Shown here in pieces: positions 63,886 to 64,000 of a stretch of DNA of 64,000 nt. Made by a program: the position numbers and the translations under genes. Numbering within the stretch: the stretch's first letter is position 1; each line of letters starts with the position of its first letter. Origin of the DNA: Sphyrna mokarran (taxonomy: Eukaryota); assembly GCA_024679065.1 (NCBI GenBank), contig JAGIQG010000010.1:37882001-37946000 (forward strand). The letters run 5' to 3'. The notes under the pieces were generated by a model. That model did not search any database, was not told the DNA's origin, and worked only from the letters and a program-made list of their open reading frames with translations.

Positions 63886-64000
63886 CTTTCCACTTTTAAG
63901 TTAATGCATTGCCTTGTTGCCACCTTTTCTACCTCCAACATTCAATTCTAACTGATAGATAGGAAGTTGCATCCTATTGTCTGCTAATGAAGATACTTTA

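Overview
Eukaryotic, AT-rich, CpG-depleted vertebrate genomic DNA. The repeat content (HE1/V-SINE-type tRNA SINEs, many CR1 LINEs, Deu-domain SINEs, Penelope-derived palindromic elements) points to a cartilaginous fish, probably a shark (inference). No intact host gene, RNA gene or prokaryotic system is visible; the window looks intronic or intergenic, and roughly half of it is nested transposon debris: CR1, L2, a second non-LTR family, Penelope-like elements, Gypsy LTR elements, a GTF2IRD2/Charlie-type hAT transposase and PIF/Harbinger MITEs. Most ORF-track entries are retroelement fragments or antisense noise. Main observations: (1) a CR1 LINE subfamily whose 3' UTR ends in a captured, promoter-decayed HE1 SINE, present as three separate insertions; (2) Penelope-derived fold-back mini-elements with hammerhead-ribozyme core motifs, one with a 14-bp TSD; (3) two locally templated insertions associated with CR1; (4) a 190-bp palindrome and a perfect 19-bp hairpin; (5) a four-layer Gypsy/hAT/Gypsy/SINE nest. 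Family calls come from recalled motifs, not database searches, and the boundaries of old repeats are approximate.
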